DNA from: Leidyana gryllorum EB-2025a
Taxonomy: Eukaryota; Protista; Apicomplexa
Length of the DNA: 64,000 nt
NCBI GenBank assembly: GCA_048772705.1
Contig: JBLWGC010000208.1
Coordinates: forward strand, 186,001-250,000
Direction: 5' to 3'
The number at the start of each line of letters is the position of its first letter. Within the stretch, counting starts at the first letter, position 1. Positions 11,823-24,754 of this stretch are shown here, piece by piece. The translations under genes were made by a program, and so were the position numbers. The notes below the pieces were generated by a model. It had not been told where the DNA came from. It searched no databases and saw only the letters and a list, made by a program, of their open reading frames with translations.

Positions 11823-12989
11823 CTAAAACAGGGATTGAGATGTCGTGCCGTGGGCGTTGTCAGATTGTTTTGACACCGTCTCGTACTCGAGACGGACAGA
11901 ACAGGAGGACGCGATGGTGGAGAGAGCTCTGAGCTCCTCCTCGCTTCCGACGATCATCGTAGTTATGGATATATATTGCAAAAGAAATCTCTCCGCCAAG
12001 GCCGCGAGCCTTTCAAGTATACGAATTCCGCGCAGTACTGTAATACGCAAAGCATGCACAAGATTCCGGCGCAAACAGCGCTCCAGTTGGCCCAATTCGG
12101 TGCACACAACTGAGTCACCAAGTAAGTCGATCATCCCTACCCGCCGCGATATCCTTTGCCACCCCCCCGGGCCCAAGTCTCTTTCCAAGCTTTTCAAAAG
12201 TAGCCAGTCGCGTATGGAAAGGTGAACCTCCTCCAATTCTGGAGAGCAGTTCGCCCGAAGTAAAGCGATCAGCCGGTCGAAGTAGAGGTACTGAATTTCG
12301 GGAAACACTATCTTGCGTAGATTTGGAAAAGCAAGGGGCGTCTCTTCTGCCTCAAGTGTACCGCCGCTCAGCCACCTCTCCCGCTGATCTCCGTTCACCT
12401 CCCGGCTAAGCTTGTTATTCCGGTCCATGACTCCGTCGCTGGAGCTCGCCCGCAGCTGCGCTTCGCTTTCGACGCTGCTCTCGAACGAGCTGATCAACCG
12501 TCTTTGATGATACCGGTAATCATCAGACAGTCGACGCCGGCGACCGTCTTTTGTGTAACCGAACACGGGCTTTTTGCCTTCGAGATCCTCGAGCACCCGG
12601 GGAAACTGTGACACAAAATTGTGATCGAATGTATTGATTTCTATTCGCTCCAATGTACTGGCGCATCGAGTCAGCAGACACATTATGTCGCGCTCGCTCA
12701 GCGCAGAAGACCGAAGGACTCTCAAATGTTGTAAGCATTCCCTCAGCCACTCTCGAGGTAACTCTAGATCCTCTTCGGTCCCAATGAATAGATCAAGTAG
12801 ATGGAAATCAAAATCCACGAGACTGATCCCTAAACAGTTTGTAAAGTCTCGCGGCTCAATGCATAAGGCACGCCAGTAACGCGTTCGGCCCGTTCCGGCC
12901 GAACAATCTCCGTCATAGGCGACATAATCTTTGATACATACAGCAATTTCGGGTGGGACTCTCATCGTACTCGGCGCGACTTTATTCAT
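11823..12989 (-). CDS. Hypothetical protein with F-box-like N-terminus and LRR-like segments
   Basis: ATG at 12989, because the upstream part of the track ORF overlaps the HMCES last exon. VPPEIAVCIKDY is F-box-like; FPNLRKIVF, LEEVHL and LERIEI are LRR-like. Confidence 0.5.
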   Translation of the reverse strand: MNKVAPSTMRVPPEIAVCIKDYVAYDGDCSAGTGRTRYWRALCIEPRDFTNCLGISLVDFDFHLLDLFIGTEEDLELPREWLRECLQHLRVLRSSALSERDIMCLLTRCASTLERIEINTFDHNFVSQFPRVLEDLEGKKPVFGYTKDGRRRRLSDDYRYHQRRLISSFESSVESEAQLRASSSDGVMDRNNKLSREVNGDQRERWLSGGTLEAEETPLAFPNLRKIVFPEIQYLYFDRLIALLRANCSPELEEVHLSIRDWLLLKSLERDLGPGGWQRISRRVGMIDLLGDSVVCTELGQLERCLRRNLVHALRITVLRGIRILERLAALAERFLLQYISITTMIVGSEEELRALSTIASSCSVRLEYETVSKQSDNAHGTTSQSLF

Positions 12990-13062
12990 CTCGCCTTCTG
13001 TAGCTTTCAACCCGCTGTAATTTGCCCTCGTGTTCTTTCTTAAGAGGTTCACACGCGAAAAA

Positions 13063-14617
13063 TTAGCCACTGCGCTTCCGCTTACCCCCCTTTGACGCAT
13101 CAAAGAAGCTCGTCAGTTTCGCTTGCTGCCCCCCATCTGGAACCTCAGCTTTCCTACTCGTCTCCCGACGTCGCTCCCCAGTGTCTTCTTCTTCCAGTCG
13201 CAACTCCTCCGCCCTGTATTAACGCATCAATGTCCCTGAATCGTCACTTACGGAAAGTCGTCGGCCAACGCCACCACGATATCCGGCCGGTCGTTGGCTA
13301 TATTACCGACGTCATCAGTCACGCGGTAGGATACCATATGTTTCGACACTGTGGCAAAGAGAACCAACGATCTTTGTGAACCCAAAGGCACTCACTGGTC
13401 TCCCGCGCGTTATCCTCCACGAGTTTTATCGCCTCTTCGAACGGAACGCTCTCTCCCGCAAGCCACTTCTCAGCCACATCGGGCGTAACACAACAAGGCA
13501 TCCTGTCACGCATCCAGCCGCAGTCCGACTCGGCAGCCACTGCTCACCTGGGGTGTATCGCGTGCATCGGGGTACCTGCACTGTCCATCGTCAGTATGGT
13601 GCATGATGTGAAACGCTCGACATCTTTGGCCACGTTCTTCTTCCCTTCCAATACCTTCGGGTCCCAGATGTCGTACAGCCCAGCGAAAATGATTGGCTGA
13701 TTGGTACCGGTCAGAGAGTGATCAAAACTGACACTCCCTTTCTCGGTCTTTGCCTTCTTGGGGCTTTGTTGCTGGAACCGGTCGTTCAAACTCGACTCGA
13801 CTACCTCGTAGGTCTTGGCGTCCTCGAGCTCTTCACACTCCTTCTCACGCCATCCTCCACTTGTTTTGGCCTCCTGCGGCGGTTTCGGATGACCGCTCCC
13901 GAAACTCCCAATGGCTTTGACTGTTGTTACACGGCGACTAAAGGAGAAAGACGTGGGCGCAGCTCGACTTACACTTGTACGAGGGACTCATCTTGAAATA
14001 GTACACCGCTTTGCGTTTGTTCACCGCCTTGGGCTGATCTTTGGCTAAGCCCGTGGCACCCGCGCCACCAAACCGTTTCCATTCATAGAATCCGTCAACA
14101 AAGATCACGCATCGATGCCCTTGCAAGAGACGTCTGAGTAGGCAGCAGTTGTGAGCCGGTAATCGGCCGTCACACCTCACTTGTAGAGTCTATTTTGTTC
14201 CAGGCGATCTGTGCGAGCGTTGATCGTATTGTAGCCCATCGACTTGCCCTTCGGATCCGGTGAGAAGAACGGGATCAGGCCCCAACTTGTGATGGTGAGA
14301 CGGATGACACACGCGGGTACATACACACACAAGGTCTTACCTGGCAGGAGTAAGAACCCGTACTATCTCTTGCTTGGAGGACGGTGCTTCCTCCAATTCG
14401 TCTTTGGAACGAGCATCAGTATTTGCCACGAACTGATATGCTACAGGAACTGTGGATTTCGGAGTGCAGTTCCACCTGTTTGCCATTAATGGCTGAGGGG
14501 GGGAGTGATGGAGTCCTACTTGGGTTTGTACTCATCGAGCTTTCTGTTGTAAGCGGTGGCCCCGGAGGCCGAGAGTAAGAATTTGGGTCTAAGAGTACAA
14601 CACGCCCTGCCGCACAT
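13063..14617 (-). CDS. HMCES: SRAP-domain abasic-site processing protein (HMCES/YedK family), multi-exon
   Basis: Starts MCGR at 14617. Contains GLIPFF, TINAR, RCVIFVDGFYEWK, FAGLYDIW, SCTILT, IHPR/MP and YRVTDDVGN. The last exon carries PIP box QAKLTSFF and ends KRKRSG-stop. Confidence 0.9.
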
Positions 14618-14790
14618 AGTAAATTACGTGCACGCAGTCTGTTTACCCCACTTATAGTGGCAAATTTACGTTGATTATGGGTCCTTCCTGTTTGTACGAT
14701 GGGGGGAAAATGTCATCGTCTTTGTTAAGCCGGTTTCCAGACTCAAAGAGTCATAGGTGAAACGTGTTGAAGAGATAAAGCTGCCATATA

Positions 14791-17700
14791 ATGGTTCAGA
14801 TGTCCGAGGCAGTCGGGGCCGTTTGTGACCCCGAGATCACAAGGCTAAGACGGCACCAACAACTACCGGTCCATTTGGAGACCACAGCTGAGGAGAAACG
14901 TCCTTGGTACAAACGAGCTGTAGCTTCCTTCACTCAAGTGTTTAACTCTTCGGGTGCAGCTGCCAGTCGCGTCGTGGAGGAGATCTCAACGGGACATTGT
15001 GGAGGTATAAGCTCGTGTGCCGAGAAAGTGTCGACATGCTGCCAGATTACTCGAGCTGATCTGGACGTTCAAGCCACTATATGCAATCAGCCCATCACTC
15101 TCCTTATTGGGAGCAAAGCCGAATCCATGCAGAAGATTCAGGAGGCCGCTCAGAATGTGGGTAAAATTGACTGTGATCGATTGACCACGGATGCATCAAT
15201 GGATGGACTGATCAGAGAGGTCTCCACGTCTCCAGCTGTGGAGGTACAAATAGCCGATCGGGTTCCTGTTGCTCCACCCACAGAATCTGTGGTATCACGT
15301 CCCCCCAAGCGACTGGGCCCAAACGGCGGTGTCCTGACGCACCACAAGATCTGCAAACGCAAACCACCTGCCAGCCCCTCGCGTCAACGCTTGACGCCCA
15401 CACCACCCTTCCACCACGCCCGTGTCAATTGCAGATCCGTCGACGAGGATCCCGAACTCGACACTCCACCCTCAGCACTGTTCCTCGCTCATCATGCCGG
15501 GCAACTGCTCAAAAGAACTTCTACTTTTGGAGAAACCCCTCGACCCAATGTTGGCACAGCAAACCCTCTCATGAAGACTCCAGTGCCTACGCGAAGTCGC
15601 AAGGAGATTAACATTTACCACAGGAAAAAGTCTCTTAATACCGCTCCGCCCAAATGTACTGTGACGACCGACACACCAAAGCCATCGATGGAGACACAGC
15701 GCCCTCAGCAGCTCGCGCGATCGGCCGACCGCCCCACGAAGACTGCCTCAGCTCCAGCTCCAGCTCCAGTCCCAGCTGCTTCGACAATTCCTGAAGCCGC
15801 CCCTGTTGCCCCAGTTGTTGCCCCAGTTGTTGCCCCAGTTACTGCCCCTGCTGACCCAGTTACTGCCCCTGCTGACCCAGTTACTGCCCCTGCTGACCCA
15901 GTTACTGCCCCTGCTGCCTCAGTTGCCCCCGCTCCCGCTGGGGAGTTGACTGCAGGTGGTAGTCGCACACAAGAGGCTGTGAGTGGCACATCGGTCGTCA
16001 AGTCCGAGCCCTCCAGTTCAGAATCAAAGCCTGCGACCACTCAGAGGTCAGGAGAATTTATGGGTCCAATCCCACCTCAGTCTGTGGCCTCTCAACCGTT
16101 CCAGTCCATTATGAACGCCACAGTTTCGCCACCTGTTTCAATCCCGATGCAAGGGCTTCAGAGGAGTCCCGGGATGCAGCCGATGCCACCGCAACAAGCA
16201 GTCCACCATCCGTTTCCAGCCAACCCGCAAGCGGTCGGGTCTCCACTCCATTCCTATCACCCGAATCAGTACCGATACCAGATGCACCACCAATATAGCC
16301 CGAACCTTGGGCCCATGATGCCGAGTCACAATCCGCCATCTGGACCGCACCAGGGCAACAGTCTCCAATACGCTCCCCATCAGATGCCAGCTCCCGCCCC
16401 CTTCATGGTCTCCCACCTCGCTGGTCCCTACTCTCCTTCTCATACTGCTCCGGTCCCCTCCCCGCACATGTCGCTTCAACACCAACAGATGCAGGATGCA
16501 GAGGCGCAACATCGAAATGCACCGCAAACGTGGAACTTCCCCGAGCCGACAGCTCAATCATTCTGGAACGGGCCCCATCCCCATGGAATGCAGCACAGGA
16601 GTGTCCCTCAGCAGGATGCAGTCCATCACCGACGCGTGTCTCGCCAAACGCAGTCTCCGTCCCCGGCAGTGCTGCGTGCTGAGCAAAAGGCCACACCTGC
16701 CGTCGAGCCCCATCCAGAGCCTCAAGTCAATAAACCCTCTGTCGGGGGATCCGTTGTCGCTGTCGCTGTACCCTCGGTGCCGGAAGCCATGTCGGTGGAG
16801 GTGCTTTGTCAGAAGAGCGTAGCGAAGGAAGCTTCCGCCTCGCCCGAAGCTGAGGCTGAGAACGACCCCACGACTACCGTCGAGGACCAACCACAAGCGA
16901 TCGAAGCTGCCGACGGGCCAAACATAGATGGGTCACACCAGCAAGAGATGGTGGAGGCGAATCCCGAGGACACCTGTGCTCAGGATGCCACTAAACTCAC
17001 TCAATCATCTTTGAATGAAAATCTCTCACCCGGATCTGAAATTGACGAGGCGCAATCCCTCGAGGTCACTCCAGAGATCCAAAGCTCGGCGGGTGTGGAC
17101 CTTCTCGAAGACTCCTCGGGCTCAAGGGACCACGCTGCTTATAAGCCCGCTGCTGCTACCGAAGGCACTCCAGAAATCTCAGCTGCCACATCCGCCATCC
17201 ACAGTCCCGAGGGTCTCAACGAGAACACAAGAGAGAACGAGAGGAAGGGCAAACGCAACAAAAGAAAGGGCGGGCAACAGCACACGGATGAAAACGCTCA
17301 CGAAACCAAGACAAGTGGCCCTAGGGGGGGCTTCAACAAGAAAGACACCAATCCCGGACATATCGAGTCGGTGAGGACGAAGAAGGCCAATAACTCGAAC
17401 AATGGGAGTTCCCAAACGGGTCGAGAATGTTCTGAGAAGGCGACTCCACCTGACTCTGGACAAATTGCTGCCAAAAACCCCAAAGGCAAAACTGGCAAGG
17501 TACGCGGTGCCGACAACCGCAGGAACGGCGAGAACAGTGCGGGTGGGACGAAGGAACTTGTTGGAGTCTCAAATGAGAGAGCAGAGGCTGCCGGCAGTGA
17601 CCGCGCCCTCCAAACAGTCGATGTGTGTGCCATGCCAAATGATGCACTTCTGACAAAGTCACAATTCTTTAGCTACGCCCACCAGAAGCTGCAGGTGTTG

Positions 17701-19479
17701 AAGAACCAAATGCACATTACTGGCAGCAAAGCTTCTGCAGAGAGATTGGAGGAGGCGAAGCAGAAGAAAGAGGCGGCTGTACAGCGGAAGCAAAGTGCTG
17801 ATATGGCCTTGGCATCGCGCAAACTTGCCTCACGGCAGCAATCGTTGTCTCGAGAGCAATCTGCTGAACCACTTTCCAAAAATCCGTCTATACAACCGAC
17901 CTCATCCACTCTTCTGAAGGGGATTCCGGGGCCACGCTATATGATCTTGAAGGACGGGGACGCTTCCCCCGTCTGCATCAAACCTACAACTCGCAACTTG
18001 CCTCCCAGACCGCCTGGGCACATCTGCCGCCAGACCACTGTTGAGGCGCCGGCGAACGTTCTCATTACTCAGCGCACAAGTCGAACCGACCTCCCCCAAA
18101 TGCCGATGCCAAGAAGGGACTGGGTGGCTCAAATGAGTGAACTTGCCCACAAAATGAAGGAGGAGCGGCAGCCGGATCCGACTCATGACCAATTGAATTG
18201 GCTGAAAGAGCAGACGTTTAATAAACGGGTCGAACGGGAGAGAGAAGAGGCCCGAAAGATGCGGATCGAACGGGAGAGAGAAACGGACCGACAGAGACAG
18301 TACGAATCGAAGAAACAGGAGGACGAAGTGCAAAGTCCGGCCGAGCCAGCCACCTCGCAAGTGATTTCTAAGACTGTTAATTCCACAAGTATAAGCACTG
18401 GTGGCCAGTCTCCAGCGGAGACCACTGCTCCGAATGCGGTGAGTGTGACCTCAGGTGGTCCAAAATGATTTTCATAGGTAGGCATTGGGCACCGCGTATG
18501 TCTGACACCTGACCAGCAGCAACAGACCGACAATGCTGAGAAAGTATTCGGGCAAGCCCAGGCTCAGCGGTCGCGGATGAGTTCGCCAAGAACGACTCGA
18601 AATGTTTCCCATCCAAAGACTCCGGACCCGGCCAGCGCCGTTCACCCCAATACTCCGGGTGGTGGCATGTCCGACTTTGAACGCCGTTATTTCAAAAGCA
18701 ATGAGACCGCGCAAGCGTCGTCAGATGATTTCAGCTCGGCTTCGCCGGCAACAGACCAAACTTGTGTTTCTACCTTACAAGACCAAGGGCGAGCTCAAGC
18801 GGCTGTTTACACAAGCGAAGAGGTGGAACGGGCCAGAGTGAGGCTTCCACCTGCGGACAGCTCACAACTTTCGAAGTGTCCGCCGACTTTCCACCACTTA
18901 AAAGATAAATCTCTCACTTCTCCACGTTGGAAGGACGAACTGAGACATTGCAAGTGGGTCATCGACGAGAGCCAGGAAAGCAAGTTGGTGGCGACAAAGG
19001 TTATTACACCGGGAGCTATCATTGCCGTAGAAGCGGCCCCCATCGCTGTTGAAGGCTCGAGAGTCGTTGCGATCCTGCGACTGAGCCAAGAGTTGAATCA
19101 AAATCCCGACGTCGCCAAGAAGGTGCGTGCTGCGGTCGGATCTGAGGCATCAGCACCCTTTAAGGCGGCCGATGTGATGCAGTGGAGTCGGGACGGATGT
19201 CAGAGTGTTGGAATCTGGCCTCTTCTCAACAAGTTGGCTGCTAAAGCAGACAAGTCGGCTAATGCTCGCCGAGTCTTTGTGGCCAACTACTGTCTCATAG
19301 TGGCCACCCAGGTGATCAAAGCGGAGAGCGAGATTGTGTGCGCGGAGACGGATGCGATGCGTCAGGAGGCCATGCGACGTACGGGGATTAAACTCTGTGG
19401 GTACGCTGGCAAAGAAAATTGGCTGCAATCTCAGAGAGATGTCAATGTGTATTATAACGACCCACCGACTCGAAGATAG
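14791..19479 (+). CDS. Large (about 1550 aa) low-complexity protein with a C-terminal degenerate SET-like domain (intron 18439-18477)
   Basis: A phase-0 GTGAGT...TAG intron joins the 1225-aa ORF in frame with the 18577 ORF. C-terminus reads KLVATKVITPGAIIAVE...GIWPLLNKL...ANARRVF...IVATQVIKAESEI. Confidence 0.7.
15803..15930 (+). repeat. Coding minisatellite with 12-nt (PVVA) and 21-nt (PVTAPAD) units
   Basis: ccagttgttgcc and ccagttactgcccctgctgac tandem copies. Confidence 0.9.
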
Positions 19480-19538
19480 GGGTTGCACCCGTCCACCATT
19501 ATCTGATTCTTGTGCACCATCACTTATTCGGGAGTGCA

Positions 19539-20922
19539 ATGGCGAACGAGTATGAGGAAGAACCTTTTTTGGCGGCTGAGACGACTGATGATGGGCTATA
19601 TTTCAGTCGCGAGAAACTAGATGATCTGATCCATGATCCAAAGGATGTCGAACCAAATGCGGGTAATGTAAAAAGATGAACAATCTGGGCCCATACGATA
19701 GTGTAGCCGTGGGAGTCGCAGCAACGCTGGTTGCTACCAAGTTTGTCGACGAACGTCGAATGAGCACACAGCAAAAGCGCGCCGCAAGAGGCTCGATCTA
19801 TGATCCGGCACTCATCGCTAACCTTGACCCAAAGGATGCCGACAAACTGACGACGAGAGCCAGCAGGTTGAATCAGGTCCTGCTGTTCCTGTTCGGGCTG
19901 TGTGTCATGTCATTGGTACCCAACATCCAACAACTGGCCTTGTACAACCCTGAAACTGGGGCAAAGGAAGTGAATTTCTTCGTCAGGGGACCGATGACCA
20001 TTTCCTATCTGCTGGGTATCATCTTAGGTTCAACCTGGTCGGTTACTCAATACGGATCGTCGGCCCTCAAAGAATGTTTCAATCCCAAAGCCATCGGCTA
20101 CTTCTTCGCTTCCGCCGTTGGCTACACCATTGACGATTGGGTCGAAGTCCTCATACAGGTCCAAGTGGACGCTGCCTTTTGGAAGGTCATCGGCCAATCC
20201 AAACTGCTCATGACAGCCTTCCTGGCCCGACTTCTAATGAAATCTCGCCAAAGTCGAACACAATGGATCCTTCTCTTCGCTAGCAGCAGTGCTGTTGCAG
20301 CATACGCGATGCGCGACATTCGAGTGCTGCAAATCACCAATTGGGTCATCTTCATTTCCGCACTCATGTCCCTCCCACTGAGCTGCTGCAGTGCCCTCGC
20401 CACCGAATATGCCCTCAAGAGTATCAAAAACCCATTCCCAGTTCAGATCACTCAGACGCGTATTGCCACTATGATCGTCTCAACCGCATTCGCTGTTGTT
20501 GAGCTCAGCATCATGAACTCCTGGTCCACTGTCTTTACAGGCTGGACCAAACGTACCCCTCTGCTGGTAGGTACCCATCCAAATTCACCTTTGATTTGCA
20601 TAAATATCATTGGTCACTACTTTCATATTATGACTGTCTGCAGATCCTGACCGATTCTCTCCGATCTTGGACTACCATTCTGGTCATTAAGAAGTTCAGT
20701 GCTGTGTGGAAGTCTTTGTGTGTGGCCGTGTCTCTGGGACTCACCTACCTCATCTCGGTCTTGCTGGGTTTGAACAACGCTCCCTTCGAAGTGCGGCAAT
20801 TTATCATCATCGGCACCATATCTTCCATTGTGCTGGCCTACGCCAGCGCAAAACAGGATTTCAACGCCATTTTGCAGCATGAGCTGGTCTTAAAGGAGGA
20901 GCAGAATCGGAAGCAGCCGTGA
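19539..20922 (+). CDS. Nucleotide-sugar transporter (SLC35A/DMT superfamily), paralogue 1
   Basis: Multiple TM helices. VDAAFWKVIGQSKLLMTA...QSRTQWILL, LATEYALK and IKKFSAVWKSL match the SLC35A pattern. Short introns near 19663 and 20570-20643. Confidence 0.8.
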
Positions 20923-21110
20923 ATGAACCAATGATGAGTTACGAATTTCTAATGTCAATGCACGGAAGTGGTCATATGATTTACTAATAACTTGTCAACT
21001 GTCTACACGATAACCGTAATGCCTTCCAGCCTACACCCTTCCTACCAGCTAAGAAAGGTGCGCAATCTCTGTAGTGTGTGTGGTCTTGCACCTAACGGAT
21101 CGGCATCGCA

Positions 21111-22607
21111 ATGAATCGCAGGGAGGAAACCGAGCCGTTCAACGGTGCTCGCGACGATGAATATGACAGTGATGAGGAAACCGGGAGCGGTGTCACCACA
21201 CCACGCGATACCTATGATGAAGTTGAAGCCGAAGTGAGAGCGGAACGTAGAACTTCCAGTATTCTCAACCCTCCCGATGTGCCGTACGGTACTATTCCCA
21301 ACATCAGTAAGCGATTGAAAGAAACCGAATGGATAGACAGTGTGACCTCAAGGATCGTCCAAGGCACTTGGTCTGGTGAACCCCACCTACATTGACGAAA
21401 ATGAACTGACGAGCCTGCAGAAGAAGGCCAAGCGCAACTCCATGGTGGATGCGGCTGTCATAAAGGCACTCCCGGACAAGGAAGTAAAGGAACTGGCGAA
21501 ACCTGGTGCGGCTTGGAAGCAAGTGCTGCTCTTCATTGTGGGAGTGAGTGACAGTTGTGAATCAGCTTTGGATATGAACTTTCTGACAATAGGTTCTCGC
21601 TCTGGGTATCGGTCCGCTCTTCGAGCAATATGCCTTGGTGGACAAGGTGACTAAAAAGAAGGAGATCACATGGATCGTTCGAACTCCTTTCATCGGCACA
21701 TACGGCATATCAGTCATCATCGGCACCATCTTGTCTGGTCAGATGTATGGAACCCAGGGACTGAAAGACTGCTTCGACTGGAAGCAAATCGCGCTTGGAA
21801 TGCCTGTAGCCATCGCTTATACCTTCTCTGATTGGGCTGGACAGAAAGTACAGGTTGAACTTGATGGACCCCTGTGGAAAGTCATGGGTCAATCCCGACT
21901 GATCATCACTGCAGTGATTGCGTGGCTCGCGCTCGGCCGTCGTCAGAACTTCACACAATGGACTCTGTTGATCACTGCGACCTTCTTGATTGCGTGCTCA
22001 ACTATGTTGAGTCTGAGATCACTGGTTATCAACAACTGGGTCGTTTTTGGCGCTGCCTGGGTGGCGATCTTCATGAGTTGCTGCGGTGGAGTGGCTTCCG
22101 AATGGCTATTGAAAGCGTATAAGAATCACTTTATGGTGCAGATGGTTCAAAGTCGTATGGGATCGCTGATCTGCACTCTCTTCTTCATGATGTTCGAGGT
22201 GACTATCGCGAACGAGTGGCACTTGTTCCCGTTCGGGGGCTGGCGTGCCGGCACAGTGATCTTGGTGAGTGTGTATTTATCATTGATCTGCTACATGTTA
22301 TGGGCGGGGCTCTTTGTAGGTTATCTCTGATCTGACGAAATCATGGCTAAGTACCCTCATCATCAAGAGTCTTGACTCTGTGTGGAAGGCCCTCGCCACA
22401 GCAGGGGCCCTGGGAGTTACCTATATTGGCAGTTGCCTCTTCATGACGGAATATGGTGCCGCTCCATTCGACCTCACGAGCTTTACAGTCATTCTGGCTC
22501 TCACCACTAACATTCTCTCATTCGCGGCTTCCAAGCGCGACCAACACAAGCTGCTTCAGCTCAAGTCCGACGCAGAGAAGAGGATTGAAGAGGGAGGGAA
22601 GCCTTGA
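21111..22607 (+). CDS. Nucleotide-sugar transporter (SLC35A/DMT superfamily), paralogue 2
   Basis: LDGPLWKVMGQSRLIITA...QNFTQWTLL, VASEWLLK and IKSLDSVWKAL. Collinear with the upstream paralogue. Multi-exon. Confidence 0.8.
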
Positions 22608-22909
22608 ACTGGTGATCTATCATCAAGAATGAAGCAACAACCCTCTTTCCTCCCTCTCGAGAGAGAACAATAATATATCATCATCAGTCATCGCAGCCTA
22701 ATCCTGTAGCTTCTGACAGGCGCAAAATAAGTTTTTCTGCACGAGTCCTACGCTCTTCATCGCTGAAATGATACAAACCAATGCAACCGAATGAATGCTT
22801 AATAATACTTACGAAATGGACTTCGCCAGCGCTTGTGATCGCAATTGTGCAATATCATCCATCAATCTATTCGCCGATTGACACAAAAGTCGTCTCTGGG
22901 CCACGAAAC

Positions 22910-23521
22910 TCACGAGTGTATTTCGGCCTCGCCGGAAGGCGGCTCGAATTCCTCTAATAGTGACGTAACAGTCGCGCGGTCGCTTCCCCCATCGCTTCCA
23001 GAGTCTCTAATCTTTGAGCACTTGTGAAGAGGTTCGGAATATGACCATGAGGCGGTGTCAATGATAGTTTTCAGTCGTCTGAATGGGTCTTCGCGGAACA
23101 TTCCTTCCTGCGTCAGCAGCGGTGGGTGCGCCTCGCACGCATGCCTCCAATTTTCGCTCAAATCCACCAACGCCCGGCATCCAAACACTATTTCTTCTAC
23201 CGAGTGTGTGTCTTGCTGCTGGGGTGGGTGAAGCAAGAGAGGAATGTCGGTGAAATTTAGTAGGACTTGAACGCTGGTCAGCGACACTTCACCATTGATG
23301 GGCAGCTGTGAGTCTCCGACGTGGACATATAACGTGATCTCGGCATTACAAGACTGGTGGTCGACTAGAACTCTCAGGGGGGCCCGATAATATTTTGTCT
23401 CCCACACATCGCAACAGAAGACAATATGCCGTAATGCCTCAGCAACTGATTGAGCGGCCGGTCCAAGAGGCACTATCACAACCAGATTACTCGTTGGCTG
23501 TTGATGATGATCATCCATCAT
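22910..23521 (-). CDS. Hypothetical protein (203 aa)
   Basis: ATG-initiated ORF with globular composition filling the gap between genes. No recognised motif. Confidence 0.55.
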   Translation of the reverse strand: MMDDHHQQPTSNLVVIVPLGPAAQSVAEALRHIVFCCDVWETKYYRAPLRVLVDHQSCNAEITLYVHVGDSQLPINGEVSLTSVQVLLNFTDIPLLLHPPQQQDTHSVEEIVFGCRALVDLSENWRHACEAHPPLLTQEGMFREDPFRRLKTIIDTASWSYSEPLHKCSKIRDSGSDGGSDRATVTSLLEEFEPPSGEAEIHS

Positions 23522-24692
23522 TAGATGCTCTCTCCTTCCACGATCGACGACCCAGCCCGACGGTCTTTATATGCTAGGCATTTCGCGATGCTAAGAAAAA
23601 ATTTGGAAATACACAATACCTTATCATTTGTGGCTAACCTGTGTAGTCTTGCCAACGCGTCCTCATCAATCCATCGGAGATCCAGAATCACTTCTTGACT
23701 TGTGAAACGCCGACCTCGAGCGGACGGCCCTACTATTTGCAGGGCCGCTGGTTCGCTTTGATAATCCTTCACCAGTGTTCTCACAATCTGATCCACCGTC
23801 GTCGTAGAAGTGTCGTCGCACTTACCGCAGCCATTGAGTCGGGACTGAGTTTGGTTAGGTACTTTGCGAATTTGCCTTGTAATTCGGCCCGCCGAGACCC
23901 TTCTTGAAGCACCGGTGGCTGCTGTGGCGGGGCTTCCTGTTGGTCAACGGTACTCTGTTGCTGATCGTGGACTTCCTCTTTTATACGCCGTTGTCGGCTA
24001 GCCGTAACGGTTTTGTTACCCCCGCTGGTACGCCGAGCTGCCTTCTTTCCAGCGGGCGTTTGAACGTCTTGCTGTGACTGAGATGACGTCTCAGATCCAC
24101 GTCTCCGCCGTTTATTCGTACGGGTCGCCGGCTCCTGACCAACCGCAGCCGGCGCGGGAACCTCCTCTGCCATATCGCCTCCTCCCTTGACACTAGCAGC
24201 GGCAGATGACGAGTCCAGCCCAGACACATATTGATGGAACTCTGCCGGCAGAATATCTCTAACTACTTCGCGCGTGTACGACTCCATAAAGTCAGCCATT
24301 GACGTTATCTCCTGTCGTCAAGTCCAAATTAGGAGAGAGAGAATAGAGTGAGCTCACGGTGTTGGACTCATTATACTTGCGGCAGTTGTCCCATATCAAT
24401 TGAAGATTTGCAAAGAAGGCGCCTATATCATTGTCGAAGTGACCATCGCGCAGTTTCCGCTGTCAACACCAAATGATATAGTCCAAGGCAACGCATAAAT
24501 TACCCCCAGAGTTTGTAAATCCATTGGGTGCTCTATAATATCCAGATAGTCCAGTAGCCCCATTTTCTTCCATTCTACAGGCTTCAGGAATATATAAGCT
24601 TCGTCACGTTTCCGCAACCTCGCTAGGACTTGAGCAAGTAGTGCATTATCGACGACGGACATGACTCTACCAGAATTTTTCTGTAGACTCAT
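23521..24692 (-). CDS. Bromodomain protein with ET/NET-like C-terminal domain (BET/GTE-like), multi-exon
   Basis: AYIFLKPVEW...DYLDIIEHPMDLQT...LQLIWDNCRKYN. C-terminal FAKYLTKLSPDSM...EVILDLRWIDEDALARL is ET-like. Confidence 0.8.
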
Positions 24693-24754
24693 TGCTGAAG
24701 GGTCAATCCAATTCTCAGAAGTGAATCCTTTTTGTGTTTAGGGGGTGTCGCACC

